Source: Lama glama (lineage: Eukaryota). From it: a stretch of 64,000 nucleotides of DNA. Made by a program: the position numbers and the translations under genes. The notes beneath the pieces were generated by a model, which was not told where the DNA came from, ran no database searches, and worked only from the letters and a program-made list of their open reading frames with translations. Location of the stretch: contig CM052817.1 in NCBI GenBank assembly GCA_028534125.1, positions 61,382,001 through 61,446,000 of the forward strand, read 5' to 3'. Below, in pieces: positions 12,071 through 25,740 of the stretch (position 1 is its first letter; the number at the start of each line of letters is the position of its first letter).

Positions 12071-15000
12071 TACTGTTTTTGAGCCTTCTTAGATTCCCCC
12101 AGCCTCCTATACAGGGCCCTCAAGTTGCGTGTTTGTATTAAGGTGCTGACTGAACCCGTTCCGCTGGTGAGTGCATCCTTCACTGTGGGCATTTGTTGTT
12201 GATGCGGATGCCAGTTAGCTTGCTGAGTGCTAGCTAACTGTGTGTGAATCAACTTGTAGATCGGTTTTACCTGAGTATTAAATGTGTGAGGAAAGTTCTT
12301 TGTCTTGCAGTAATTGATACTATTCTTGAATTGAAACAGTTTTTATTTGCAAATAGCCAGGGAGCTGTTTTTCCTTTAATGGTGCTTATCCGACTGGCAA
12401 GATTCATATTCATTCAGGTTTTCAGAAACTCCTATTACCTTCATTTTATTGAGGAAATCCTTGTTTTCTTTTCTTTCAGAGGTGCTAATTTTTCAGTCAC
12501 TCCTAAAGTCTTTTAGAAATGGGAATATAATTTTAAAAAATCTCCATCATCCTTAAAATAACTTGCTTTTACCTTTGAATAGTTTTGAAAAATGTGATGT
12601 CACTTCTAAATTGTATCTTTGCCGTTAAATGTGTACTATAAGTAGCCCTTAAAAAATATCTTGGGTTTTTTTTTGTTGGTGGTGGTGTTGCAAAAATTTC
12701 ACTTCTGAATCCAATATATAAGCAAGCAAGCCTTTATTTGAACCTGAATTTATACATTTATAACATAGAACACTTGCATATTTTTAAGTGTTTGTACTTT
12801 TTGAGTCAGTTCTTAAGCCATGACAAGTTCAACTTAGCTATTAGGTGTTTTTGAGGCCTCCTGGTTGAGCATGTGTTTTACCTTCTGCCTTACTGCCTCC
12901 TCCTTTATTGGGCTGTTTCAGTCGTAAAATACTTTGCCCTTTACTAAAGCAAATGCCATAAAGGATTTGCCTTAGGGCCAATTATTTCTCCATGACTTAA
13001 GGTGGAGTAAGAATACTAAGGAAGTGAAGTAAACAGAGAGTACAGCTCATGTCCTTTTATGGAAAGTAGTTTTGCAGGAAGAATTACTTTGTTCACCGCC
13101 CTTTGAGAGTGAGGCAGTTCAGAAGATGTCCCGTTAGGAATGGTCATAAACGTGTGTTTTCTTCTGTTGATGAAATGCAAGTAGCCTAGAAGATTTGGCA
13201 GCTCTTCCGTCTCAGATAGCGTGTGGGCTCTTTTTAGTTGTGTGGGAGCAGAATGGATGGTTGAGACAAGTAGCAATCCTAGCAGCTGTGAACCAGGCAC
13301 TTGTCAGTCTGGGACACTCTGTCCTCGGTTCTAGAATTTTACAGGCTGATTGGGAATGTTTGATCATATTAGGTTACATAACATGCAGTTCCTATGGACA
13401 CATATGCATGTATATTATACATACCTTAGATAGACATCTATATGAATGATAAATACCATATAAATGGTGAAGTCATTCTAGAGTTGATTATCTGGTAGTT
13501 AAAATTTGTTGCTTTTTTGGTTTTGGTCATTATATGAGCCTTACTAATTAGGTGTAGGATGTCAAGAATATTTTATGAGAATATCTGGTGACATCTTTTA
13601 AAACAAATATTTTTATTGAAAAATTAAAGCTTAATGACACTTGTAAAATATTTGAATAGTTTAACAATAAACAGAGTATAAAGTAAAATTTCCCCAGCCT
13701 TTTCTAGTCTTCCTTCTTCTAGATACACTCTTTCTACCGTTTTACTCCTTATTTCTATGTTCTAATGTGCATCACTCTCCCCCACTAATACATGTTGTTC
13801 TGTAGTTTTCCTTTTGTTCTTTGATTGTATCATGGATATATATCCAGACCAGTACATATAAGTATTAGTGATGTACATAATTTACATGTCAGTGTTTTTG
13901 AAGTAATTATTTTTTATATCCATATTTTTTAAAGGAATGTTTGCTTATTTTTTGCCAACACATATCTTTATGTGGCTGTTAATAACAGAAAAAATTAAAT
14001 ATAAGGTATAGGTAACCTTGTGTTATAACAAGTGTTATGATAAGTTATATGCAAATTTCCAATTAAAATTAATAAACAATTTAAAATGACCTGAACATCT
14101 TGTCAACAGTGACTATAAAATATTGTAAACTCTGTTAATGAATATTTTTCCATATATTTGATTCTGTGTAAAATATTTGAATGATTTTGGATAGTGTTTT
14201 AAGTCTTTGAAATGTTGACATCTGTGAATATGCTTTCCATTAGCTTTTCTCAAAATTAAAAATACGTAACTTATACAATGCCATGTCAATTATACCTCTA
14301 AAAATGTTTATTTAAAGATTTATATATAAAGTAGCTAGAATTATGGTCCCATATACTATGTATTATTTAATAATAGTACTTAAAATTCTTGACCATGTCC
14401 TTCCTTAACAGTGGATAAAAAATTGGTGAGATGACCCAAAGGGGTAGCTGATCAAAACTAATTTATTCTGTATATTGCATGTATTATCTTTCTAGAATTT
14501 CCTTTTAGTTTGATATTTACAATCCTATTTTATGTAGCCTGATATTAAAATAAGTCAGTGTGTCTGATAATTGTGTAAATGGTAAATGGCAGCAGAAGCC
14601 AATTTAGGATTGAAAAAAAATTTTGTGGCTGATCTGCTAATTGTATGACCCAAATGTGAAAAACTGAGAGATGATTCAAAAAGTGATGATTCAAGAAGGT
14701 AAATGATTCTTTTAGAGTAGCGTTTTAATGAATAGCCAGTGTTGTAGTGTTAAGTAATTCAGTAAATTAATTTGGGTTGTACCCAGAAGGTAGGAGTGGA
14801 TTCTTAATATACCTTTCAATTCTGTGTCTGGTTCTTTTTGTCTTATATGTGAATTTGAGTTTTGTAGTATAATATTAAGTGACTGTATACTATGGTTTTT
14901 TTATACAACTTTATCTGTCAGAAGTCTTTATTCTCCATCTCTGTCACAAAGCAGCATTTCTCTATCCCCAGTGGAAATTTTTACGTGATAGTGTGAACCT

Positions 15001-16034
15001 TGTTTGTGTTCACTAACAGAGATCCTTGGTATATTGATTTAGGAGTGTGGTCACTTTTTCATTGTAAAGAATGCAGTGATCTACCCTCACCCCCACCCCC
15101 CAAAAAAATGAAGAAAAGAAAAGAATACAGTGATCATTACTTTATTCAGAATCAAAGCCAGAAACTGATTTTGGTTATGGACAGGCATCTAGCATTTGCA
15201 CTTGAGATGGGAAACTTAATGCTCTTCCAAGCTTTTGAGCTGTTCAGGTGTTTGAGTAAATCATTTCCTTCCATAACTTCTTAACTCTGACATTGATTAT
15301 CCTTATCTGATATTTTAGAATTAATACGATCATATTAAAGAATCTTTTACTGTTGCTAGTTCATACTTAAATCCTGGAACAATTTCCTTTTCTTTTTGGA
15401 CCCAGAACACATTGAATATTGAATAAACTTCAGAATTTATCTTCAGTGATTGGCTACCTTGTGAAATACATCACTTGCGTATTGTATTATTCCTCTCTGT
15501 CTTCGTAAATTTTCAGCAACAGCTAAGACTCATAATCTGTACAACTGAGATGTATAAACTGTGCTTTATTTTTTCAGAACATTGGTAAGATGAATGTCCA
15601 TTTCATCATCTATCTTATTTAAGTTAGAGATTTCTTATGCCAGAAACAGGGTAAGGAATGTAATTTTTATAATAAACTATTTAGTTTTAAGAGTTGCTTT
15701 TTTCCCCATTTCTCATTAGTTAAGAGATAATTGGACCAAATTAAATTTATGAATCAGAATCTCCTATATGTGTTTTGTAGATTAAAAAACACTAGATTTT
15801 TACTATAGTACAATGTTTTGGAATTAGTAGTAGAAGTTTATTTTTTGTGTGTGTGAACTACAAACAGTATTTTAATACATCTTTGAGTTTCCATGATGGA
15901 AGTGTAAAAGAAAAAATACCTTATAATCCCATTATGATTAATATACTACCAAGAAAAATATTTTCTGTGCATATAAATGTTTATTTTTAAAATACAGAAG
16001 TGGAATCATTTTTATATGTTTTATACCTTAGGTT

Positions 16035-16760
16035 TTTAGCTTTATTGATGTTTAATACATGTGCAATATACTGCTCATATTTAAAATGTACACTTTGATA
16101 ACTTTGGACAGATCTGTACACCCACAAAACTATCATCACAATCAAGAGAGTGAACATAATCGATCACCCCCAGAAGTTTCCTGGGAGCTCTTGTAGTCGC
16201 TTTCCCTTCACTTTCCCCTTCTCATCCCATACCACCACTGATCTGCTTTGTATCACTATAGATTAGTTTGCATTTCCTAGAATTTTATATAAGTGAAACT
16301 ATGCAGTATGAACTCTTTTTTTTTTTTTTTGCCCCCCTTGGGTCTGAGCTTTTTTCATTCAGTGTAATTAGAACAATTAGTTTGGGATTCATCCATGCTG
16401 TAGCTAACAGAAGTTCATTTCCTTGTATTACTGAGTAGTGTTCCTTTGTGTAGTTTGTTTATTTACCTGTTGATGGACATTTGGGTTATTTCCCATTTGG
16501 GGCTGTTACTTTCTAAAGAAAGCTGCAGTGCAGCTTCACATACAAGGCTTTGTAAGGATGTGTGCTCTTGTTTTTCTCGGTTAAGTACTTAGGAGTGAAA
16601 TGGCTGAAGTATATGGAAGGTATATGCTTAACTTTTTGAGAAATTGCAAGTTTTCCTAAGTGGTTATATTTTACATTTCCATTAGCAGTGTATGAGAGTT
16701 GTTTCTTCACATCCTCATCAATACTTGCTATGATCAATATTTTTAATTTTAGTCATTCTA
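16035..16760 (-). mobile_element. L1M 3' region fragment
   Basis: accactgatctgcttt...tttgcatttcctagaattttatataagtgaaactatgcagtatg...gttgatggacatttgggtt; the minus ORF 16513-16737 is a degraded L1 ORF2 C-terminus. Confidence 0.88.
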
Positions 16761-16849
16761 AATCGTATGCATAGTATTTTTTTTAAATCAAGATGAATTA
16801 TTAGAGTCTTCAACATGTGATGCACTGTTCAAGTTTTTTTTTTTATTGA

Positions 16850-17625
16850 AATGAATGCTATTTGTGTACAAATTTCTGTGTGGGCTTATGCTTTCATTGC
16901 TTTGGATATGTACCTGTGAGTGGGATTACTGGGTCATATGGTAATTCTGTGTTTATTAACCATTATAGGAAGTTTGAGACCATTTTCCAGAGCAGCTGCA
17001 CCATTTTAATTTTCATCAGCTGTGTTATGAGGCTTCTACTTCACCCCGCTCTTGTCCATACTTGTTACTGTCTGTAGTCATCTTGGTATGAAGTGGTGTC
17101 GTTGTTGTTTTGGTTTGCGTATTCCTGATAGCTAATGCTATTGAGCATCTTTTTATATACTCTTTGGACATTTGCATACCTAATTTTATGGAGAAATGTG
17201 TATTTGAATCCTTTGCTCATTTTAAATGTGGGGTTTTTATCTTTTTATTATTGAGTAGTAGGAGTTTTTTAAAAACAATACATGTTTATGAGGCAAGTCT
17301 GTTATCAAATATATGATTTGCAGATATTTTCCCTATTCTGTGGGCTGTCTTTTCACTTAACCTTGATGCACAAGTTTTTAATTTTGATGAAGTCCAGTTT
17401 ATCTATTTTTTCTTTTGTTATGCTTTCAGCGTCGCATCTAAGAAGGCTTTGACAATCCCAGAGTCCTGAAAATTTATTCCAATATTTTCTTCCAAGAGTT
17501 TTATAGTTTTAGCTGTTACATTTAAGTTGATAATCCATTTTGAGTTAATTTTTCCATATGGTATGAGGAAGAGGTCCAATTTCATTCTTTTGCATATGGA
17601 TATATATGTGGAAAACCATCTTTGG
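16850..17625 (-). mobile_element. L1M ORF2 fragment
   Basis: ggattactgggtcatatggtaattct...ttttaattttgatgaagtccagtttatctattttttc...tccattttgagttaattttt. Confidence 0.88.
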
Positions 17626-17679
17626 TATTAATTTATATTTCCCTAATGACCACTGATGTTCAGTATCTTTTCTTTTTCT

Positions 17680-17958
17680 ATTAAATTTTTTTCCAACTTT
17701 ACCGAAATGTAATTGACATATTAACATTGTATAAGTTTAAAATGTGCAACATATATTAAAGTATACATGTATACATTGTGAAATGACCACCACGATAAGG
17801 TTAGTTAACACACCCATCACCTTACATAATTGTAATTTTTTTTGTGATGAGAACATTTAAGTTCTAGCAACTTCCAGTTATATAATACCGTATTGTTAAC
17901 TGCAGTCACCATGCTGTGCATTAGATCCCCAGAACCTATTCATCTTATGACTGGATTA
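17680..17958 (-). mobile_element. L1MA-type 3' end
   Basis: taattgacatattaacattgtataagtttaa...gtcaccatgctgtgcattagatccccagaacctattcatcttat. Confidence 0.85.
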
Positions 17959-20106
17959 AGCGTCTTTTGTTTGTTTTATTGCCATCTGCGTATTTTCTTT
18001 AGTGATATATGTTCTCCTACTTTTTCACTTAACAGCATTCCATGGACTGAAATTTAAGTATGTAGATCATTTATTAATTAGAAAAAGATCTAATTCTGTG
18101 GTCCTTTAATCACTGAATAATATTTAATTTCATGAATATGTTATGATTTTTTTAAACTTTGTACATAAAAATGGTTGTTTACTAGTATAAAACCTGTTGC
18201 CCTAAACATCCTGCACTCTTATTTGACAGAAATAAGTACTTAGAGGTCTAATTACTGGAGCCAAAAGTTTATGTGTTTTTAAGATTTTCGATAATTATTG
18301 CCAAGTTACCCTCAAGGAAGATTATACTCCAACAGTGGGAACATTTGAGAGGGTCAGAAAAACCTTTAGAAACATGCATAGACCAGGGGATATAGTCATC
18401 TGCCTTCTCATTCACATTCTAGATCTTGACAAGGTCACACTATTTCTTGACAAACTTTCATGTCTCTAAGGGCATTGTAGGTTTTTTTCTCCCTCTGATA
18501 CATATTTCTTACATATTGTTAAGACTTTTATAGCTACATTTCTTGGTGCTTTTCTGCTCTATATATCTGGAAAGTCCCACACATCTTTTAAGGCTGAAGC
18601 CAATGTGACCCTCCTCAATGAAATCTTTCTCAGTTTCAACTCCAGAGTATAAGTTTATTCTAAGCATACACTACATTTTACATATTCATCTTTGAATTCT
18701 AGAACCTACCACTGTGCCTGGCATATGTAAGTATTTTTTTTTCTCAATACTGACTAGTTAAATTATGCTTGGATCAAATCAGATTTCTTATCTATATTAT
18801 ATTCTACAGTATATCTTTTGTATTAATGCTAATTTCAACTTGAAAAGCTTATCGATGTGAGTATATCCCTAACTACTAGCATTATGCAAGAAATCCTAGT
18901 TGTATCTGAGAATGTAAATGTCATCAAAACACACATTAAAGTAACTTTTTGTTTGTTTCAGAATTTTGTAATCTCAAATGACACAACTGTATAAGCCTGG
19001 CCTGGTTTCACTGTTTAGAATTATAGAGTAGAATATTTTGTTAAACTTTAGCTTAAGAGTTTCTTAAGATTTTCCATTAAGTTGCAGTAATCTCCAAGTA
19101 TGGTTCAGTTAAGGTTGTGTTGTAAGTTGACCTTAACAACATCTTCTGTTAGGTAGCATGCCAAAATTAAAATGGAGCTTAGTTATTTTACAAAAAGGTT
19201 TGGCATTGTAGATATTTGTCTGTCTCCTCTGGCTTACAGATTTGTCCATCAAGCTGTGAAGACCTAAATTTCATATAACCAACTGTCTAGGACATTAAAA
19301 AAAAATGAAACTTTTGAATGTTAAATTAAAATTATTGAGTAAATGTATTACTTGCTTTGTATATAAAAACAGAAATGACTGTTCTATTGCCAGTATTAGA
19401 ATTCTTGTAGAAGTCTTATTGAATTGATGAATATATAAGAGGACATTTTTATGAAGATCAGTACAAGCTGTTTTCCAAAGAAAGTCTGGGGAAATGTTTT
19501 TGCGACTTGAACAGCACTAATGCAGCAAGTTGAGTTATTTGGGGGCTGCTCTGGCCAGCACACTGATGCCCAGAAAAGGCATGGGCTGATGGCTTGCCAG
19601 ATGCACATTAGACCCAGTAAAGGAGAAACCAAACTAACTGACTACTCACTGCCAATTTCAGTTTCCATTTGACTTAATCCAAACTACATTATAAATAGAT
19701 AACAGCCTACAAATTCAATTAGTTCCAGAAAAACCAGATTTATCTAAAATTGTATGTCTCATTTTTGTATGGTTCCTCTATAAGTTCTCATTGATGGTAG
19801 TAGATAAAAAGGCATTAAAGTTTGAGTCTTTCTGATTTCAGAAGATTTATGCCCAGCAGATGTGACACTTTCAGACTCACACCAAATGAGTGAGCTGTGA
19901 TTTAAGAATTGCTTAAGACTATCCTCTGGTGTAGATTCCTTTTTTTGAAGACTGCTTTATACATGATTCTTTTTTTTTCCTCCTTATGTATATGATTCTT
20001 TGACATATGTATTATTTCCCTCAAAGGAAGGTATTGGCAATGGCTTTAATTGAATTAATGCTTTCTGTGATGCTTCTTTGTTCCTCGTTATGTTGCTGAG
20101 TGTTTT

Positions 20107-20606
20107 NNNNNNNNNNNNNNNNNNNNNNNNNNNNNNNNNNNNNNNNNNNNNNNNNNNNNNNNNNNNNNNNNNNNNNNNNNNNNNNNNNNNNNNNNNNNNN
20201 NNNNNNNNNNNNNNNNNNNNNNNNNNNNNNNNNNNNNNNNNNNNNNNNNNNNNNNNNNNNNNNNNNNNNNNNNNNNNNNNNNNNNNNNNNNNNNNNNNNN
20301 NNNNNNNNNNNNNNNNNNNNNNNNNNNNNNNNNNNNNNNNNNNNNNNNNNNNNNNNNNNNNNNNNNNNNNNNNNNNNNNNNNNNNNNNNNNNNNNNNNNN
20401 NNNNNNNNNNNNNNNNNNNNNNNNNNNNNNNNNNNNNNNNNNNNNNNNNNNNNNNNNNNNNNNNNNNNNNNNNNNNNNNNNNNNNNNNNNNNNNNNNNNN
20501 NNNNNNNNNNNNNNNNNNNNNNNNNNNNNNNNNNNNNNNNNNNNNNNNNNNNNNNNNNNNNNNNNNNNNNNNNNNNNNNNNNNNNNNNNNNNNNNNNNNN
20601 NNNNNN
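20107..20606. other. Assembly gap (500 N)
   Basis: Run of exactly 500 N; the round size suggests a placeholder. Confidence 0.99.
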
Positions 20607-21084
20607 TGCTGAGTAGATGAGGCCAGAGATGTAAATGACTTGCCCAAGGTCACAGAATTTGTTAGTGGTAGAGGTAGAATTACCCTCAGGTTTCTTTTAT
20701 AAAACTAAGGATTGCGAGGGTGTAGGTAACGGACACGCTCATACACAGTTTGCAGACTTGTAAATGGCTGCAGATATTCTTGCTGGCAGTGTAGTGTCAT
20801 AGATCAAACATTTAAATGTGTATACCTTTTTAGAAACAGTTCCTAAAGAAAACGTCAAATATGTGTGCCAAAATAAATGTACGATATCATTAGTCATTTT
20901 GTTTAACATAAGACCAAAAAAATTGGAAATGAATTAAATTATTAAATAATAGCCCATTTATTAAGTAAGCACCTGTAATTTCTAGTGTGACAACTCATTA
21001 AAAGTTTATTTTGTATTATGTTTCAGTCCTTATACAATGGTTCTAAAGAGAAATAGAAGATTCAGTCATTGCCTCAAAGGAGCA

Positions 21085-21535
21085 TCCTTGCTGGCCCACA
21101 GACCAGCAAACTGTCAGTTACAGTTTGAGATGAAATGAGGATAGAAATGAAAAATAAGTATCTAGAAACTTCTGTGGTTCTACAGAGTAATTTTATGTTG
21201 GTTGAATCTGATGATAAAAAATTTGGTCTTATATTTTGATTTATTTATTTATTTTTATTTTTTTTTTGGTGGGAAGGTAATTAGGTTTATTTGTTTATTT
21301 TAACGGAAGTACTGGGGATTGAACCCAGGACCTAATACATACTAAGCATGCACTCTACCGCTGAGCTGTACCCTCCCCCTTGGTCTTATATTTTGAATGG
21401 TTTCTTTACTTCTTTTTTTCCCCAGTAATTTGTCTTTATTGTAGATTACAGAAGAATCGGTAAAGGCAGATTGGGGGAAAAAATCTTTGTGCAGAGATAG
21501 TGCCTTGAACCACAGATGGTTTGAGGAACACTGCT
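21085..21535. mobile_element. Old hAT-type non-autonomous DNA transposon, interrupted by a SINE
   Basis: Ends in tttgaggaacactg (hAT-Charlie-like terminus); the internal segment resembles the element at 63480-63722. Confidence 0.55.
21240..21379 (-). mobile_element. Camelid tRNA-derived SINE (vic-1 type)
   Basis: Reverse complement GGGGAGGGTACAGCTCAGCGGTAGAGTGCATGCTTAG...GGTCCTGGGTTCAATCCCCAGTAC (Pol III A and B boxes), A-rich tail, perfect 17-bp TSD ttggtcttatattttga at 21223-21239 and 21380-21396. Confidence 0.93.
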
Positions 21536-23341
21536 TTCTGGAGAGCTGCATATACCTGGGAAAAGTTAAATAGTAGAAAAGAGTAGATGAGGGAATTTCT
21601 TAGAATTCGGTATTGAATGTAGTGCCTTGTTGGAATAGACCCTTCTTAAATATTAGTGATTTTATGCTATGAACATTTTAAAAGTTTAAAAGTGAGTCAC
21701 CATTTTTTTAAGCTACACTTATCTACTATTAGCATGTGAAATCATGATTCTGCGCCACTTTGGATAAGTATTAATTCTGTTTTAAATTCTTAAATTTTCT
21801 TGATGCTAAAGGAGTTTTTCTTTTTTTCTAAACGTCTTTAGCTTGTGGGTTTTGAAAGGCTTGTGATTTGTTTCCCATCATTGAACTATGCTGGCACTAG
21901 TGGTTTAGGAACCACACTTTGAGAAACACTATTCTAAGGTTTCATTAAATCATTAGGTCTTAACATTTTTTTGGTCATAGATGCCTTTGAGAATTTGGGG
22001 AAAGCTATGGACAGACTCAATGGAAAATACATGTATATTTGCATACAGTTTGCTTACAATTTCAGAGAGGATGTAATCTTATCACTGAGAAGAACCTCAC
22101 AAGAAGGAGAGGTTGAAATGTGTGAATTTCAGTGCTAATCTGTTCGTAGGTAAACTGGATGTGACCAATGCATTTTGAACCTTTGTAACTTTCTGTGACA
22201 TTTCTTACCATCTTCCTTATTATTATAGAGTGGACTACATTGAAACACTGATTTCTCTGTAAGTAACAAATTTGATTTTGAGATGTTTGTGAATGTTCTC
22301 TTTTTTTTTTTAACAAACCACTATACCTTTCACATTTCTGGTAGAATTATCTTCACACATTAACTACAGAACACATTAAATCTTTGGGCTTAAACACATG
22401 GATTAACTATAAAATGAAAATGTTATGTGGCATCTTAATAGTGAATTACAGTTTAAAAAGGAGTGTTTATTTTATTAGGACACTGGTAGAGAAGAATAAA
22501 GATGTTATTTCAATTAAGAGAGACCCATCAAGAAATCCATTTAAATTAGAATAGGCATTTTAGCAGAACAAACATATGTCTGTACTAGGTAGCTCAGTGA
22601 CTACATAAGAAAAGAGGCATAATCACCCTCTTCCGTTTGGTTTTATAAGGCATAATGACACATACTTTGAGGTATTCTCTTCATTGCTACCATATAAGGT
22701 GTATTTTCAGACTTTTGGGTAAAGCTGATTACAGTTTGACTCATAAGCTAAAAAATAAGGCACATAGTTAAAGTAACCAGTGCTCATATGAATCAGAATT
22801 TTACCAACATACAGAGACATCAGTGATTGCTGGTTTTTTTTCACCATTCTAAACTACAGAAAGCCAAGTCATTTTCTTTCACAGAAAAAGATGTTAAAAT
22901 GAATTCAAAGTAGCCTCATTTTAAAGGAGCACGTTCACATTAGACATCCAGGCCTGAGACTGACATTTTGTATGTAGTTGAGGTGTATTATTGGCTGGTC
23001 GAGGCACTAACATATAACCATAATAACCATATACAGTGCAAGACAGAGCACCTTTAATGCAGGGCAGACTGATAAGCACTGGAGTGGTAGTAAGTAAGTT
23101 GAGATGTGGAAAAAAGCTTTAAAGGATATGGCTGAAAAAAAATAGTTCTTCTTAGATGTTCTTCTGCTCGCGTTACTGGCTAAAAACTGACCATTTTTGT
23201 TTATTTGTGATATTTCTTAGTGATTGAGTAACATTCATCGCTGGGCAGGAAAAAGCAAGTTCTGTGAGTCCTTTCTTTTGGAGTAATGCTCAAATAGTTT
23301 TAGGCATTTTTGGGGGGGTAGTAGTGCAAAAAATCACATTA

Positions 23342-23402
23342 TATTATTGTTGTTGTTGTTGTTATTATTATTATTATTATTATTGTTATTATTATTATTA
23401 TT
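23342..23402. repeat. Compound (TTG)n(TTA)n microsatellite
   Basis: ttgttgttgttgttgttattattatta... run. Confidence 0.9.
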
Positions 23403-25514
23403 TTGTTTTTGTTTCCCATACAGTATTCTGGGAAATATGTGGGAGATAAACAGCTAGACATCTGGATTCAAATTTTTTATTCTACAGTAGGTACTACTAG
23501 TAGGTACTAAAATATGTTTTAAATCAAAATTAAAGATGGTCTATTAATTAGGTATTTTTTAAAAATAAGATTTGTCTCTGTGCTTTCCTCTGCCTCAAGA
23601 AGATCCTGTTGGTCAAATTGGTATAGTGTTTTTAGAAATGTATTTTTCCAAATTTTGGTAATGGCACTGTTAGAAAAACAATAGCTTTTATTTTCCCATG
23701 GTTTAGTTCCCATGGTTTTCGGACATGGGAAATTTCTGTTAGTGTCTCTTTCTGTAGCTGTCATATTTATGTGTTCCTTTTTTACATTTACTAAGCCTGA
23801 TGGCATTCCTGTCATACCCATGGTGTCAGGGTCACACATTTCCAAACATTCCACATTTGTTGAAAATATGCAGAAGGGTGAAAACTGGCATGTTGGCAGT
23901 GGCTCATTATATAGGTACCTGTCTCCTGTGTGTTACCCATAGCATGTAATAATGTAATTACTGAAGTGCATTTCTTTTGAAACAGCATAAATTGTTCTCA
24001 GTAAGCATCTACTAAAGTGTTATCTATATTATAAAATGATCTCTGTAATATTCTTAGGCACATATATTTTCAATAAATCATTTCTGTTGCTAGCACCTAT
24101 TTCCTGAGGTTTGTAACTAATGGCTTATTTCCAAGGAAAAACAAATAGAGGTTTTTGTGTGCATATTGAGAATTCCCTATGGTTTGGAAGGATACATTTC
24201 ATTAGAGAATTCTAAGACAGTGTTGGAGTCACTGCTATGACTAAACATTTTGCCTCTTTATGAAAAAGTTTCGGGCAATATAGCAGCTGTATTAGATGTT
24301 CATTTTATAGAGAAATCTTAGACAGACTTATTTAAAATGATATCTGCCATATTGGGTACTAACTTTTAAAAGCGAAAGCTCTATGATGCTTTCATTGATT
24401 TTGTTTGTTTTTTTTTCGCTGTGAATTCAATGATTGGTTTGCTTCTGTGATGTATTCTTAAGGTGTAATAGCTTTGGGGAAGGATTAGTGTAAGAGGTAT
24501 GTCTGTAACTCCTTATGAATCCCAAGAGGTGTGCTTCTTTGTGGATAAGACAGGTTTTCTCTTTAGTGCATCTTTGAGATCCTTGTCTAAGTGGTATGCC
24601 ATCTTGAGATATTAATATTTTATTTTCAGTGCAGTTTTATAAAGACATAGAGCTACTTTCCTTTTTTGTTAAAAAGTTTCAATAAATACTTTTGGAACCA
24701 CACATTTGTATGGAGGCTAAGTGTTTGGGAGAAGTTTAGCTATAAATTTTATTGGAGTACATTAAGTTAATGACATGTTTAATGACATATATAAGTATTA
24801 CTGTAAATTAATTAGCTCTAAATTATAGTTATTAATTATAGTCATTTAGGTTATTTTAGTTATTCAAATCAAAGTATGAGATCGTCTTGCTTCTATAATT
24901 AGTTACTATTTTGATGTTTTGCTCAGTTTACATACTATTTTGTGCATGTGCACAGTGATGTACAACACACCCAGAGATGAGGCCTGGACCCTGTACCTGG
25001 GACATCTTATGACCCTTTCTTCCCTCATGGCCTTGGTTCCCTATTCTGCCCTCTATCCCAGTCCCCTCCTTTGTTCCCTTTGCTGTGTGTTCTCTTGTTA
25101 TCTTTCCTTCTTGTCCTTTCCTGACCCTCAACTCAAGGCTTCTTCACCCAGTATCACCTTATTGATTCTTACCGTTTGGCCTTTTGGTACAGTGGCAACA
25201 CGTAACTGCCCTGGGAAGTGGACGTGTGAGGCTGCCATCCTGTGGGAATGGAGTTGGGGAAGTTCAGACTTGAAAAGTGGTCAGCAGGGAAGGAGGACTT
25301 GGGAGCTGGGGTTGATTGTGTGCATACCAAGCTCTTTTGATAAGTGAGGAGAAGGTTTAGGCTCAGAGAAGCAGAGGGAGAAGAGGGGTATATGGTCTTC
25401 CTTTAAGGAGGGAAGGGAAAAGCCAAGTCAGACCGGTCAGTTTGGAAGTTGTCTTCTCTGCCCTATATGTCCTTGCAGGAGACGTCCAGCATGTGAGAAC
25501 TGATGGTGTAGAGT

Positions 25515-25740
25515 GATAATACCAATGACACTGAACATTTACTGTGCATTGTGTGGTATGTGTTGTGCCGGTGTTTTATTTAATCTGCTCAACAGCTCTG
25601 TGAGGCAGATGGAGTCCTAGTCCCTATTTTCAAGGAGAGAGAGTTGAAGCCTAGAGAGGCCTAGTAAATTCACGGCACACAATTGATAGAGGGCAGAGCA
25701 TAACGTGAAGTCACGTTTGTCTAACTTCCAAGCCTTCATT
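25515..25740 (-). mobile_element. MIR SINE
   Basis: ttatttaatctgctcaacagctctgtgaggcagat...ccctattttcaag...gagaggcctagtaaatt. Confidence 0.65.

Noticed and set aside
16960..16969. CArG box CCATTATAGG (and single CArGs at 5989, 14599, 59082)
   Set aside because: Inside an L1 or isolated; the number is near chance expectation for AT-rich DNA.
20021..20653. Long ORFs of 170-210 aa
   Set aside because: Artefacts of translating the 500-N gap.
23519..23854. 111-aa minus ORF and repeated CCCATGG motifs
   Set aside because: No recognisable homology or regular periodicity; consistent with chance or a degraded repeat.
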